Below are positions 9,105 through 18,915 of a stretch of 64,000 bases of DNA, one piece after another. This DNA comes from an uncultured Gemmatimonadales bacterium (lineage in GTDB: Bacteria > Gemmatimonadota > Gemmatimonadetes > Gemmatimonadales > Gemmatimonadaceae). Position 1 is the first letter of the stretch, and the number at the start of each line of letters is the position of its first letter. The stretch is from positions 160,001 through 224,000 of the forward strand of contig CAWKNZ010000008.1 of NCBI GenBank assembly GCA_963851265.1, written 5' to 3'. The notes under the pieces were generated by a model. The model saw only the letters and a program-made list of their open reading frames with translations, made no database searches and was not told where the DNA came from. The position numbers and the translations under genes were made by a program.

Positions 9105-11343
9105 TCAGGGCACCGCGTCGCAGCGCGGCTTCCGCGGGTCGGGCGGACAGCGCAGGCGTTCGTAGTAGTCCAGCGGGTGCGCCGCCGGTTCGAGCCCCGC
9201 CGGGAACGGGCGGCGGGAGAACTGCTGGAAATACTGCGTCGCCGCGTCGCGCCACCAGCGCGCCTCGCGCTCCTGGATCGCGAGGAACTGCTGGACGTCA
9301 CGGAAGCGCTCGGCGTCGACCCGGCCCTCGAGCGCGTTCCACGCCCGCTGCATGCCGCGGACCGTGTCGACCCCGGCCTGGTAGCGCAGGGCGAGCTCGT
9401 CCCAGAGCGTGCGCCCGCTCGCGAGCCGCGCGCCCCACGGCACGTGGTGGAACCACAACAGCAGCGAGTCGGGCGTCGTCGCCGGGTCCGCGAAGCGCCG
9501 CCGGAGCGGCTCCGCGTACTGGGCGACGGCGTCGCTCCCCGTCGCGGTCCGGTCGAACCCGAGCCCGAGCGTGTCGGCGCGGTGGTAGTAGCGCGGCGTC
9601 CAGTCGGGCCGGCCGGCGTCGGCCCACGGGCCCGGGCCGTAGTGGTGCCCGGTGGCCATGATGTGGGCGAGGCCTAACGGCGTCATGTAGTTCACCACGG
9701 CCTCGCGCGAGGCCATCATCATGCGCACGATCGGCGCGGCCACCGCGGTGTCGGGCGACCAGGTCATCCGCGCCCAGTCGTCGGCGATCGCGCGCGCGTC
9801 GGCCGCGGGGTCCCACGCCAGCCGTCCGAAGGCGTACCAGTTGGCCTGGTTGAACTGCGAGCCCGTCCAGTCGCGGTCGGTGCCGACGTTGGCGACGCCG
9901 GCGATCCCGGTGAGGCGGTGGCCGTCGAGCGACCCGTCGACGACGCGCGCGACGGTCGCCCCCGGGCCGCCGCGGTACGTGTCGGCGCGCAGCACCTCCG
10001 AGAAGTACGGGCCGAGGTAGACCGAGGTGGGTGTCCTGGCCGAGGTACTCCTTGGTGATCTGGAACTCGATCATCAGGGGCGTGTGCGGCATCGCCCCGA
10101 ACAGCGGGTGGAACGGCTCGCGCGGCTGGAAGTCGAGCGGCCCGCTCTTCACCTGCACGATCACGTTGCGGCGGAAGCGGCCGTCGAGCGGGACGAACTC
10201 GTCGTACGCCTGGCGCACGCGGTCGCGCGGCACCTCGTGGCTGTAGACGAAGGCGCGCCACATCACGATGCCGCCGTGCGGCGCGACCGCGTCGGCGAGG
10301 GCGTTGGCGCCGTCGGCGTGCGTGCGGCCGTAGTCCTGGGGGCCGGGCTGCCCCTCGGAGTTGGCCTTGACGAGGAAGCCGCCGAAGTCGGGGACCGCCG
10401 CGTAGACGGCGTCGGCCGTGGCCTTCCACCACGCGCGCACGCGCGGGTCGAGCGGGTCGGCCGTGGGCAGGCCGCCGACCTCGCGCGGCGCGCTGAAGCG
10501 CGCGGTCAGGTAGACGCGCACGCCGTAGGGCCGCAGCACGCCGGCCACCGCGGCCACCTTGGCGAGGTACGGCGGGGTGAGCGCGCGCGCGTCGGCGTTC
10601 ACGTTGGTGAGCACGGCGCCGTTGATGCCTAACGATGCCGCGGCGCGCGCGTAGTCGCGGTAGCGCGGCGAGAGCGCGGGCAGGCTGTCCCACGCCCAGA
10701 TCGACCGCCCCGCGTAGCCGCGCTCGACGGTGCGGTCGAGGTTGTCCCAGTGGTCCAGCATCCGGCGCTGCACGCGCGGCGCGTCCGCGACGGCCAGCCC
10801 CGCGAGCGGGCGCCCGGTCTGGACGAGGCGCAGCAGTCGGAACGCGCCGTAGAGCACGCCGACGTCGCGGTTGGCCGCGACGACGATCGCCGGGTGGCCG
10901 CCGAGGGTCGTCGAGCGGATGACGTAGCCCTCGTCGCCCGCCGCGCGCAGCGCCGTGCCGAGCCCGAGCGAGGCGACGAGCGGCGAACTCGCCGGCGTGC
11001 CGGCGACGAGCAGCGCCGCGTGTCCCGCGCCCGCCGCGCTCGCCACGGGAACGGGGCTCCCCAACAGTCCGCCGAGGGCGGTGACGAGCTCGTCGCGCGC
11101 GGCCTGCAGCGTGGGCGAGGTGCCCTGCACGACGATCGTGCCCACCGCCTCGCGGTCGCGGCGCCGGAGCGCCGTGTCGGGCAGGGGGCGGTACCGCAGC
11201 CAGAGGTCGTAGCCGTCGTCGGCGCGCGCGGCGCGCGCCGGGTATGCGCTCGCCGCGACCGTGAGGGCGAGCGCCAACGGCCGCAGCGCGCAGGTCAGGC
11301 GGCCGTTGACGTCGCGGACGGGGGGAAGCGCGCGGCGGGGCAC
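9105..11343 (-). pseudogene. aguA: GH67 alpha-glucuronidase with a 1-bp frameshift (real or assembly error)
   Basis: Signal peptide, DGYDLWLRY, LDHWDNLDRTVERGYAG, GPLDFQPREP, KEYLGQDTHL. One extra base at 10022-10023, then VYLGPYFSEVLRADTY continues in the frame of ORF 9105..9995. Confidence 0.88.
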
Positions 11344-11370
11344 GAGAGGGGCGGGATGCAGTCTGAGCGC

Positions 11371-11475
11371 GGACGGGACGGGCTCGCACGGGACGGGCCC
11401 GCACGGGACGGGCCCGCACGGGACGGGCCCGCACGGGACGGGCCCGCACGGGACGCGCCCGCACGGGACGCGCCC
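11371..11475. repeat. Tandem repeat, 7 x 15 bp (GCACGGGACGGGCCC)
   Basis: Read directly; no spacers; lies in the divergent GH67/GH115 intergenic region. Confidence 0.9.
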
Positions 11476-11539
11476 GCGCGCGGCGGGTCCGCACGGATGG
11501 CGGAGGTCACGACGCGGCTGGCGGACCGCTGCGTCATCA

Positions 11540-11554
11540 ATTCATCTTATCACT
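11540..11554. promoter_or_regulatory. Candidate operator copy 1 (ATTCATCTTATCACT)
   Basis: Matches the palindrome AGTCAT-N3-ATGACT also seen at 29002 and 32926. Confidence 0.55.
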
Positions 11555-11602
11555 CTGCACGTCAAGTGGGACCCGTCCGGCCGACCGCTCGCCCACCGCC
11601 CG

Positions 11603-14602
11603 ATGTCTCTTCGTTCACTGCGGCGCACGGCCCTCGCCGCGCGCCGTGCGCTCGCCGCGTCCGCGCGGACAGTCGTGCTCGCCGCGCTCGCGCTCGCCGC
11701 CCCGGCCGCGCGCCTCGCGGCGCAGGAGCCGACGCAGGAACCCTACGTCGCGGCCGCACCCGGCGCGGGGCGGTTTCCGCTCGCCGCGGCGGGGGGGGTG
11801 GCCCCGATCGTCGTCGGGGCCGACGACGAGCCGGGCGTCGCGCGCGCCGCCCGCGACCTCGCCGCGGACCTCGGCCGCGTGACCGGCACGCCCGCGGCGG
11901 TGACGACCGGCGCGCGCCCCGCCGGCGCCCGCACCCTCGTGATCGTCGGCACGTTAGGCCACAGCGCCCTCCTCGACTCGCTCGTGCGCGCGCGGGCGCT
12001 CGACGCGGCCGGGCTCGCCGGCAAGCGCGAGACGTTCGTCGTGCAGCCGGTGGAGCGCCCGCTGCCGGGCGTCGACCGGGCGCTCGTCGTCGCGGGGAGC
12101 GACCGACGCGGGACGATCTACGGGCTGTACGACGTGTCCGCGCAGGTCGGCGTGTCGCCGTGGGCGTGGTGGGCCGACGTTCCCGTTAGGCACCGGCCGG
12201 CCCTCTACGTGCTCCCGGGCCGTCACACGGCGGGCGAGCCCGCGGTGCGGTACCGCGGCTTCTTCATCAACGACGAGGCACCCGCGTTCTCGGGGTGGGC
12301 GCGCGAGAAGTTCGGCGGCGTCGACCACCGCGTCTACGCCCGCGTCTTCGAGCTCCTGCTCCGCCTCAAGGGCAACTACCTCTGGCCGGCGATGTGGGGC
12401 AACGCGTTCGCGGACGACGACTCGCTCACCGCGCCGCTCGCCGCCGAGTACGGGGTGGTGATGGGCACGTCGCACCACGAGCCGATGACGCGCGCGCAGC
12501 AGGAGTGGCGCCGCTACGGCCGCGGCCCGTGGAACTACGAGCAGAACGACTCGACGCTCCGCGCCTTCTGGCGCGCCGGCATCGCGCGCATGCGCGGCCG
12601 CGAGAACGTCGTGACCATCGGCATGCGCGGCGACGGCGACATGCCGATGACCGAGGGAAGCAACGTCGCCCTGCTCGAGCGCGTCGTCGCCGACCAGCGC
12701 CGGATCATCGCCGACGTGACCGGCCGGCCGGCCGCGGACACGCCGCAGCTCTGGGCGCTCTACAAGGAGGTGCAGGACTACTACGACCGCGGCATGCGCG
12801 TGCCCGACGACGTCACGCTGCTCTTCTCGGACGACAACTGGGGCAACCTGCGGCGCCTCCCCGGGGCCGGCGACCGCGCGCGCGCGGGCGGCTCCGGCGT
12901 CTACTACCACTTCGACTACGTCGGCGGGCCGCGCAATTACAAGTGGATCAACACCAATCCGATCGCGCGCGTCTGGGAGCAGATGCGGCTCGCGTACGAG
13001 GCGGGCGCGGACCGCATCTGGATGGTCAACGTCGGCGACATCAAGCCGATGGAGTTCCCGCTGCAGTTCTTCCTCGACTACGCGTGGAACCCGCGCGCGT
13101 GGCCGGCGTCCCGCCTCCCCGAGTACGCGCGCCGTTGGGCCGCGCAGCAGTTCGGCCCCGAGCACGCGGCCGAGATCGCCGACGTGGTCACCACCACGCT
13201 CCGGTACGACGCGCGCCGCAAGCCCGAACTGCTCGACACGGCCACGTACTCGCTCGTCAACTACCACGAGGCCGAGCGCGTCGTCGCGGACTGGCGCGCG
13301 CTCGAGGCGCGCGCCCGCGCGCTGTCGGCCGCGCTCCCCGCCGACGCGCGCGACGCGTACTACGAGCTGGTGCTGCACCCGGTCGAGGCGGCCGCCAACC
13401 TGCAGGACCTCTACGTCACGGTCGCGCGCAACCGCCTGTACGCGCGCGAGGGGCGTGCCGCGACCAACGCCCTCGCGGACCGGGCGCGCGCGCTGTTCGC
13501 GCGGGACGCCGCCATCTCGCGGTACTACAACGACTCGGTCGCGGGCGGGAAGTGGCGGCACATGATGGACCAGACGCACATCGGCTACACCTACTGGCAG
13601 GAGCCGCCGCGCAACGTGATGCCGCGCGTCGACGTCATCCAGGTGCCCGACGCGGCCGCGTTGGGCGTGGCGTGGGAGGGGCAGGCGCCGCCCGGGCCGC
13701 GAACCGCCGCGGGACCGCTCGGCGCGCCGCGCGCGCCCGAGCTGCCCGAGATGGACGGCTTCCGTCGCAACACGCGCACGATCGACGTCTACGACCGCGG
13801 CGCCGCGCCGCTCGCCTACCGCGTGGAGAGCGGCGCGCCGTGGCTGCACGTGACGCCGGCGGCGGGCACCGTCGCCGACGAACGGCGCCTCACGGTGAGC
13901 GTCGACTGGGACCGCGCGCCGGTCGGCCGCACGCGCGTGCCCGTGACGATCGTGGGGCCCGGCGGGGTGTCCGGTGGCGCGCCGGGCGGCGGCCGCGTGG
14001 CGGTGCAGGCGGTCGTGCGCAACCCGGCGCCGGCCGAGCGCGCCGCGGCCGTGGGGTTCGTCGAGGGCGACGGGTACGTCGCGATCGAGGCCGAGCACTA
14101 CGCGCGCGCGGTCGCCCCGCCCGGAGGCGCGTGGGAGCGCATTCCGGACCTCGGCCGCACGCTCTCGGGGATCACGGCCACGCCGGTGACGGGCCCGAGC
14201 CGCACGCCGGGGGGCGACGGACCGCGGCTGGAGTACCGGATGACGCTCGCCGACAGCGGCGAGGTCGCGGTCCAGGCGTACGTCTCGCCGACGCTGAACT
14301 TCGCCGGGCGGCGCGAGGGGCTGCGCTACGCCGTCTCGTTCGACGGCGAGGCCCCGCGGGTGGTGAACGTGCTCGCCGACAGCTCCAACGGGGCGTGGGA
14401 GCGCGGGGTGGCCGACAACGTCCGGGTGTCGAGCACCACGCACACGATCGCGCACCCGGGCGTACACACGCTGACGTTCTGGCTCGTGGACCCGGGGGTG
14501 GTGCTGCAGCGGATCGTCGTGGACGCGGGCGGCGTTAGGCCGAGCTACCTCGGGCCGCCGGAGAGCTGGCGCGCGGGGGCGGGGGCGACCGCGGCGCGGT
14601 GA
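11603..14602 (+). CDS. GH115 xylan alpha-glucuronidase, secreted
   Basis: ATG 11603 with signal peptide; YRGFFINDE, GNYLWPAMW, GTSHHEPM, LYKEVQ, YYHFDYVG, NVGDIKPME. Confidence 0.93.
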   Translation: MSLRSLRRTALAARRALAASARTVVLAALALAAPAARLAAQEPTQEPYVAAAPGAGRFPLAAAGGVAPIVVGADDEPGVARAARDLAADLGRVTGTPAAVTTGARPAGARTLVIVGTLGHSALLDSLVRARALDAAGLAGKRETFVVQPVERPLPGVDRALVVAGSDRRGTIYGLYDVSAQVGVSPWAWWADVPVRHRPALYVLPGRHTAGEPAVRYRGFFINDEAPAFSGWAREKFGGVDHRVYARVFELLLRLKGNYLWPAMWGNAFADDDSLTAPLAAEYGVVMGTSHHEPMTRAQQEWRRYGRGPWNYEQNDSTLRAFWRAGIARMRGRENVVTIGMRGDGDMPMTEGSNVALLERVVADQRRIIADVTGRPAADTPQLWALYKEVQDYYDRGMRVPDDVTLLFSDDNWGNLRRLPGAGDRARAGGSGVYYHFDYVGGPRNYKWINTNPIARVWEQMRLAYEAGADRIWMVNVGDIKPMEFPLQFFLDYAWNPRAWPASRLPEYARRWAAQQFGPEHAAEIADVVTTTLRYDARRKPELLDTATYSLVNYHEAERVVADWRALEARARALSAALPADARDAYYELVLHPVEAAANLQDLYVTVARNRLYAREGRAATNALADRARALFARDAAISRYYNDSVAGGKWRHMMDQTHIGYTYWQEPPRNVMPRVDVIQVPDAAALGVAWEGQAPPGPRTAAGPLGAPRAPELPEMDGFRRNTRTIDVYDRGAAPLAYRVESGAPWLHVTPAAGTVADERRLTVSVDWDRAPVGRTRVPVTIVGPGGVSGGAPGGGRVAVQAVVRNPAPAERAAAVGFVEGDGYVAIEAEHYARAVAPPGGAWERIPDLGRTLSGITATPVTGPSRTPGGDGPRLEYRMTLADSGEVAVQAYVSPTLNFAGRREGLRYAVSFDGEAPRVVNVLADSSNGAWERGVADNVRVSSTTHTIAHPGVHTLTFWLVDPGVVLQRIVVDAGGVRPSYLGPPESWRAGAGATAAR

Positions 14603-14608
14603 ACGGCC

Positions 14609-15349
14609 CTACCCGACCGGGTGCTCCTCCGGGTCCCACCGCGCGACCGCGTCGTACACCTCCTGCAGGTGCGCCCGCATCCGCTCCACCGCCAACCCCG
14701 GATCGCGCCGCTCCAGCGCGTCCAGGATCTCGAGATGTTCCTGGTGGTCCCGCTCGCGCGACCCGAAGATGCCGAGGATGAGGCGCTGCTCCTCGACGAA
14801 CAGCTCGCTCACGACCCCGAGCAGCTGCGCGAGGACGCTGTTCGCCGAGGCGATCCCGATCACGCGGTGGAAGTTCGTGTTGGTCGTGCTCAGGAGTTCG
14901 TCGTTGGCGAAGCTCTCGCCGGCCGTCGTCAGCAGACGCCGCATCTCGGCGAGCTGTTCGTCGGTCGCGTGGCGCGCGGCTTCGGCCACCGACTGTGCCT
15001 CGAGCGCCATGCGCGTCGACACGAGATCGAGCAGCAACTTCTTCGTGACGGTCCCCGCATAGTCCCGGCTCGCCAGCACGAGCACGTCCTCGCTGCGGCC
15101 CACGTAGACTCCGGACCCGTGCCGGATCTCGACCACGCCCACGGCCTCCAACTTCTTGAGCGCCTCGCGGATGGTCGGGTGGCCGACGCCGAAGCGCCTG
15201 GCCATTTCCATGATCGTCGGAAGCCGGCTCCCGGCCTGGTAGTCGCCACGCTGGATCATGCGGCGGATCTGCCGCGCGAGCCGGTCCGACAGACTTTCCT
15301 TGGTGACCGGGGTAAACGTGTCCTCCGAGGGCGCCGGTGTGGACGTCAT
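14609..15349 (-). CDS. GntR/FadR-family transcriptional regulator
   Basis: Winged HTH (RLPTIMEMARRFGVGHPTIREAL..L...G.V.IRHGSG) plus FCD domain (FH, EHLEILDAL). Confidence 0.92.
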   Translation of the reverse strand: MTSTPAPSEDTFTPVTKESLSDRLARQIRRMIQRGDYQAGSRLPTIMEMARRFGVGHPTIREALKKLEAVGVVEIRHGSGVYVGRSEDVLVLASRDYAGTVTKKLLLDLVSTRMALEAQSVAEAARHATDEQLAEMRRLLTTAGESFANDELLSTTNTNFHRVIGIASANSVLAQLLGVVSELFVEEQRLILGIFGSRERDHQEHLEILDALERRDPGLAVERMRAHLQEVYDAVARWDPEEHPVG

Positions 15350-15514
15350 GCCGGGACGTTATCTCCCCATCGTCCGGCGCGCGACCGCCCGCACCGGCTG
15401 GTCTGCGGTGTGCGGGAGAATGCAGCGACCCTCACCACCATCGGCGCGCCGTGGCGCGGCCCGCGCCGGCCGCACGCTCGCGCACGGATGGGACCCTCAC
15501 CGGGAGGTCACGCG

Positions 15515-16072
15515 ATGACCACCTCCTGTCTCCGTGGTTCCCGTACGCGCTCGCGTACGCGGTCGACGACGTTGCTGCTGGTCTCGGCGCTCGCGCCGGC
15601 GATGGGCACATCGCTGCCGGCGTGCGCCAGCGGCGGCCGGGCCGCCGCCGCAAACGCGACGACGCCCGTCGCGCGCCCGTCGCGCGACCTCACGCGCACG
15701 CAGATGGTCGACGCGGGCTACACGAGCCTCTACGCCGCGATCGAGGCGCTGCGCCACCACTGGCTCCTCACGCACGGCGTCGACAGCTTCGCCAACCCGG
15801 GGCAGGTGGTCGTGTACGTGGACGAGATGCGGGCCGGCGGGGTCGACGTGCTGCGCGCGATCCCGCCGGCCGCGGTCGCCTACGTGCGCCGCTACTCGGC
15901 CGTGGAGTCACAGTCGCGCTGGGGAGTCGGGCACACCCAGGGCGTGATCTTCGTCGCGCTGCTGAGCGACGAGGAGGTCGCGGGCACCCGCACGGGACGC
16001 GCGGCGCGCATGCCGCGCGCCGGCGCGGATTCCAACCGCTCGACTCCCTTCTCGGAGCAGGGCGCACCATGA
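15515..16072 (+). CDS. Putative lipoprotein with a stand-alone TonB-receptor plug-like domain
   Basis: GGAGG RBS; lipobox-like LPAC; VVYVDE...LRAIPPAAV...RWG....GVIFV resembles the plug segment of the SusC in this window. Confidence 0.6.
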   Translation: MTTSCLRGSRTRSRTRSTTLLLVSALAPAMGTSLPACASGGRAAAANATTPVARPSRDLTRTQMVDAGYTSLYAAIEALRHHWLLTHGVDSFANPGQVVVYVDEMRAGGVDVLRAIPPAAVAYVRRYSAVESQSRWGVGHTQGVIFVALLSDEEVAGTRTGRAARMPRAGADSNRSTPFSEQGAP

Positions 16073-16122
16073 CGCGGTTCCCATGACGCGGTTCCCATGA
16101 CGCGCCTCACATGACGCGGCCC
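16067..16122 (+). repeat. 4 x 14 bp tandem repeat (CCATGACGCGGTTC) of the stop/start junction
   Basis: Read directly; each unit contains ATGA. Confidence 0.85.
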
Positions 16123-17685
16123 ACGACGCGGCGCACGCGGCGGTGCGTGCTCCCGCTCGCCCTGCTCGTCGCGGCGCGGGCCGCGGCCCAGGCACCCGCG
16201 GCGGCGCCGGCCGGGTGGACCGCCGAGCAGGACCACCAGCAGATGATGGACCAACTCGGCGTCCGGCGGCTGCGCCCGGGGCCGAGTGGTGACGAATCGG
16301 CGCCGAACCACGCCAACTACGACGAGGCCCGCGCCAACCCGCACCCCGCCCTCCCCGACGTGCTCACGCTGCGCGACGGGCGGCGCGTGACCACGCCCGC
16401 CGTGTGGTGGGCGCGGCGGCGCCCCGAGATCGTCGAGGACCTCGAGCGCGAGGTCTACGGGCGCGTGCCGCCTAACGTTCCGCGCGTGACGTGGACGGCG
16501 ACGGTCTCGGAGCGCGAGTTCGTCGGCTTCACCCCGGTGATCGCGCGGCGGCTCGTCGGGCACGTCGACAACAGCGCCTACCCGGCCGTCGCCGTCGACC
16601 TCGCGATGACCGTCGTCGTGCCCGCGAACGCGCGCGGCCCGGTGCCGCTGCTGATCATGTTCGGCCGAAGCGCGCTCCCGGCCCCGGTGCAGCCCACGCC
16701 CGAGGCGCTCGAGAAGATCAACGCGGCGCTCAAGCAGCTGCTGGTCGCGCGCGACTCGTCGCTCCGCGCCATCTTCGAGCAGTACCCGGCGTACGAGCCC
16801 GTCGGGCGCATGGCCGCCGCGCTCCCGCCGTTCGGCGCACCGGCGGCGACCGCGGGCGGCGATCCGCCGCCCGCGCAGCAGCTGATCGCCGCGGGATGGG
16901 GGTACGCGCTCCTCGACCCGACGAGCGTGCAGGCCGACGACGGCGCGGGGCTCCGGCGCGGCATCATCGGCCTCGTCAACCGGGGGCAGCCGCGCAAGCC
17001 CGACGACTGGGGCGCGCTCCGCGCGTGGGCGTGGGGCGCCGGGCGCGCGCTCGACTACCTCGAAACCGACCCGGCCGTCGACGCCCGGCGCGTCGGGATC
17101 GAGGGGGTCTCGCGCTACGGGAAGGCGGCGCTCGTCACGCTCGCGTTCGACCGGCGTTTCGCGGTCGGGCTCATCGGGTCGTCCGGCAAGGGCGGCACGA
17201 CGCTGCACCGGCGCGTGTGGGGCGAGGCGGTCGAGAGCCTCGCCTCCACGGGCGAGTACCACTGGATGGCCGGCAACTACCTCAAGTACGCCGCGGCCGA
17301 GGGGGCGTTCGGCAGCCGCGACGCCGGGGCGCTTCCGGTCGACTCGCACGAGCTGATCGCGCTCTGCGCGCCGCGCCCGGTCTTCATCAGCTACGGCGTC
17401 CCCGAGCACGGCGACGCGAAGTGGCTCGACCAGAAGGGCAGCTTCGTGGCCGCGGTCGCCGCGGGCCCGGCGTTCCGGCTCCTCGGCGCGCGCGACCTCG
17501 GCGTGCCCGACGACTACCGCACCGCGCAGCCGCCGCCGGTGAACGCCGGCCTGCTCGACGGGTCGCTCGCGTGGCGGCAGCACGACGGCGGGCACACCGA
17601 CGCGCCCAACTTCCGGTACTTCATCCCCTGGGCGGACCGGGCGTTGCACGCCGCGCCGCCCCCGCGAGGCACGGCGGATCGTTAG
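16111..17685 (+). CDS. CE15-like glucuronoyl esterase, secreted
   Basis: Signal peptide; WGALRAWAWG, nucleophile motif GVSRYGK, LPVDSHELIALCAPRP, HDGGH. Confidence 0.82.
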   Translation: MTRPTTRRTRRCVLPLALLVAARAAAQAPAAAPAGWTAEQDHQQMMDQLGVRRLRPGPSGDESAPNHANYDEARANPHPALPDVLTLRDGRRVTTPAVWWARRRPEIVEDLEREVYGRVPPNVPRVTWTATVSEREFVGFTPVIARRLVGHVDNSAYPAVAVDLAMTVVVPANARGPVPLLIMFGRSALPAPVQPTPEALEKINAALKQLLVARDSSLRAIFEQYPAYEPVGRMAAALPPFGAPAATAGGDPPPAQQLIAAGWGYALLDPTSVQADDGAGLRRGIIGLVNRGQPRKPDDWGALRAWAWGAGRALDYLETDPAVDARRVGIEGVSRYGKAALVTLAFDRRFAVGLIGSSGKGGTTLHRRVWGEAVESLASTGEYHWMAGNYLKYAAAEGAFGSRDAGALPVDSHELIALCAPRPVFISYGVPEHGDAKWLDQKGSFVAAVAAGPAFRLLGARDLGVPDDYRTAQPPPVNAGLLDGSLAWRQHDGGHTDAPNFRYFIPWADRALHAAPPPRGTADR

Positions 17686-17715
17686 GCGCGCGGCGCGGCG
17701 CCCTCGCGCCTAACG
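17680..17715. terminator. Inverted repeat between convergent genes, built from two octamer copies
   Basis: CGTTAGGCGCG (17680-17690) and CGCGCCTAACG (17705-17715); each arm includes one gene's TAG stop. Confidence 0.55.
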
Positions 17716-18915
17716 CGTGCCCGTCTCGCCGCGGCCCGCGACCGCGACCACCGCGTCGAACGCCGGCTTGGGCCGGCCCCGGCGGTCGAACAGCAGCGGG
17801 TAGCTCGTCCGCCCCCGCACCGGCCAGTCGTTGAGCCACGACTCGCGGTCGGTCACGTTCCAGAACGTCACCCGGTCGATCACGTCCCGGTGCTTCAGGA
17901 AGACCCCGAACAGCTCCGCGTAGCGGCGCGCGAGCGCCTGCTGCACCGAGTCGGGGAGCCCCGCGGCGTACGGGTCCAGCTCCGAGCGCCGCTCCGCCCG
18001 GAGCGTGACCTCGGCGCCCTGACTCCGCGTCGCGGCGGGCAGCACGTCGACGTCGAGTTCCGTCACGTTCACGCGCACCCCGGTCGCCGCGAGCGCGGTG
18101 ATCGTCGAGTCGACGGCCGCGACGGTCGGCCACACCATCTTGTCGTGCTCCTGCGTGCCGATCGCGTGGATCGGCACCCCGGCGGCCTTGAGGCGTTGGA
18201 CGAGCGCGACCGCGCCCGCGCGCTTGGGCGCGTTCTCGAGCGCGTAGTCGTTGTAGTAGAGCTGCGCGCTGGGGTCGGCCTCGTGCGCGAAGCGGAACGC
18301 GTACACGAGGAAGTCGTCGCCGATGATGCGCCGCCACGGGCTCTCGCGCAGCGTCCCGTCCTCGGCCAGCGCCTCGTTCACCACGTCCCACCCCTTGATC
18401 CGCCCGCGGTAGCGGCCGACCACGGTGCGGATGTGCTCGCGCATCCGCGCGAGCAGCGTGTCGCGCGACACGGGGCCGCCGGCCGCGTCCCGGAACACCC
18501 ACGGCGGCGTCTGGTTGTGCCAGACGAGGTTGTGCCCGATCACGAACATCCCGTTCCGCTCGCCGAACGCGACGTAGCGGTCGCCCGCGGCGAAGTCGTA
18601 CACGCCCGGGCGCGGGTGCACGACCTCCCACTTGAGCACGTTCTCGGGCGAGACGCTGTTGAACTGCGCGCGGACGATCCGCACCGCGGCCGTGTCGCGC
18701 CCCGCAGCCTGCGCGTCGTTGACCGCCACGCCGACGAGGAACGCGCCGCGGAAGACGTCCTTGAGCGCGGGCGCCGGCGCGGCGCGGCGGGGCACGTGAG
18801 GCGCGGCCGCGGTCGCACCCGCAACGGCGACGACGGCGCCGAGGACGGCGAGCGGGCGGAATGCGCGGCGGGCGGCGGAGCGCGCCGGGGCGGAACGCGG
18901 CTGGAGCTGCCTCAC
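17710..18915 (-). CDS. GH10 endo-1,4-beta-xylanase
   Basis: GTG 18915 overlaps the transporter stop (GTGA); ENVLKWE, GHNLVWH, WDVVNEA, YYNDY, VTELDV. Confidence 0.93.
   Translation of the reverse strand: MRQLQPRSAPARSAARRAFRPLAVLGAVVAVAGATAAAPHVPRRAAPAPALKDVFRGAFLVGVAVNDAQAAGRDTAAVRIVRAQFNSVSPENVLKWEVVHPRPGVYDFAAGDRYVAFGERNGMFVIGHNLVWHNQTPPWVFRDAAGGPVSRDTLLARMREHIRTVVGRYRGRIKGWDVVNEALAEDGTLRESPWRRIIGDDFLVYAFRFAHEADPSAQLYYNDYALENAPKRAGAVALVQRLKAAGVPIHAIGTQEHDKMVWPTVAAVDSTITALAATGVRVNVTELDVDVLPAATRSQGAEVTLRAERRSELDPYAAGLPDSVQQALARRYAELFGVFLKHRDVIDRVTFWNVTDRESWLNDWPVRGRTSYPLLFDRRGRPKPAFDAVVAVAGRGETGTR

Noticed and set aside
11371..11475. Possible CRISPR array
   Set aside because: Units are 15 bp, contiguous, with no spacers, and no cas genes are present.
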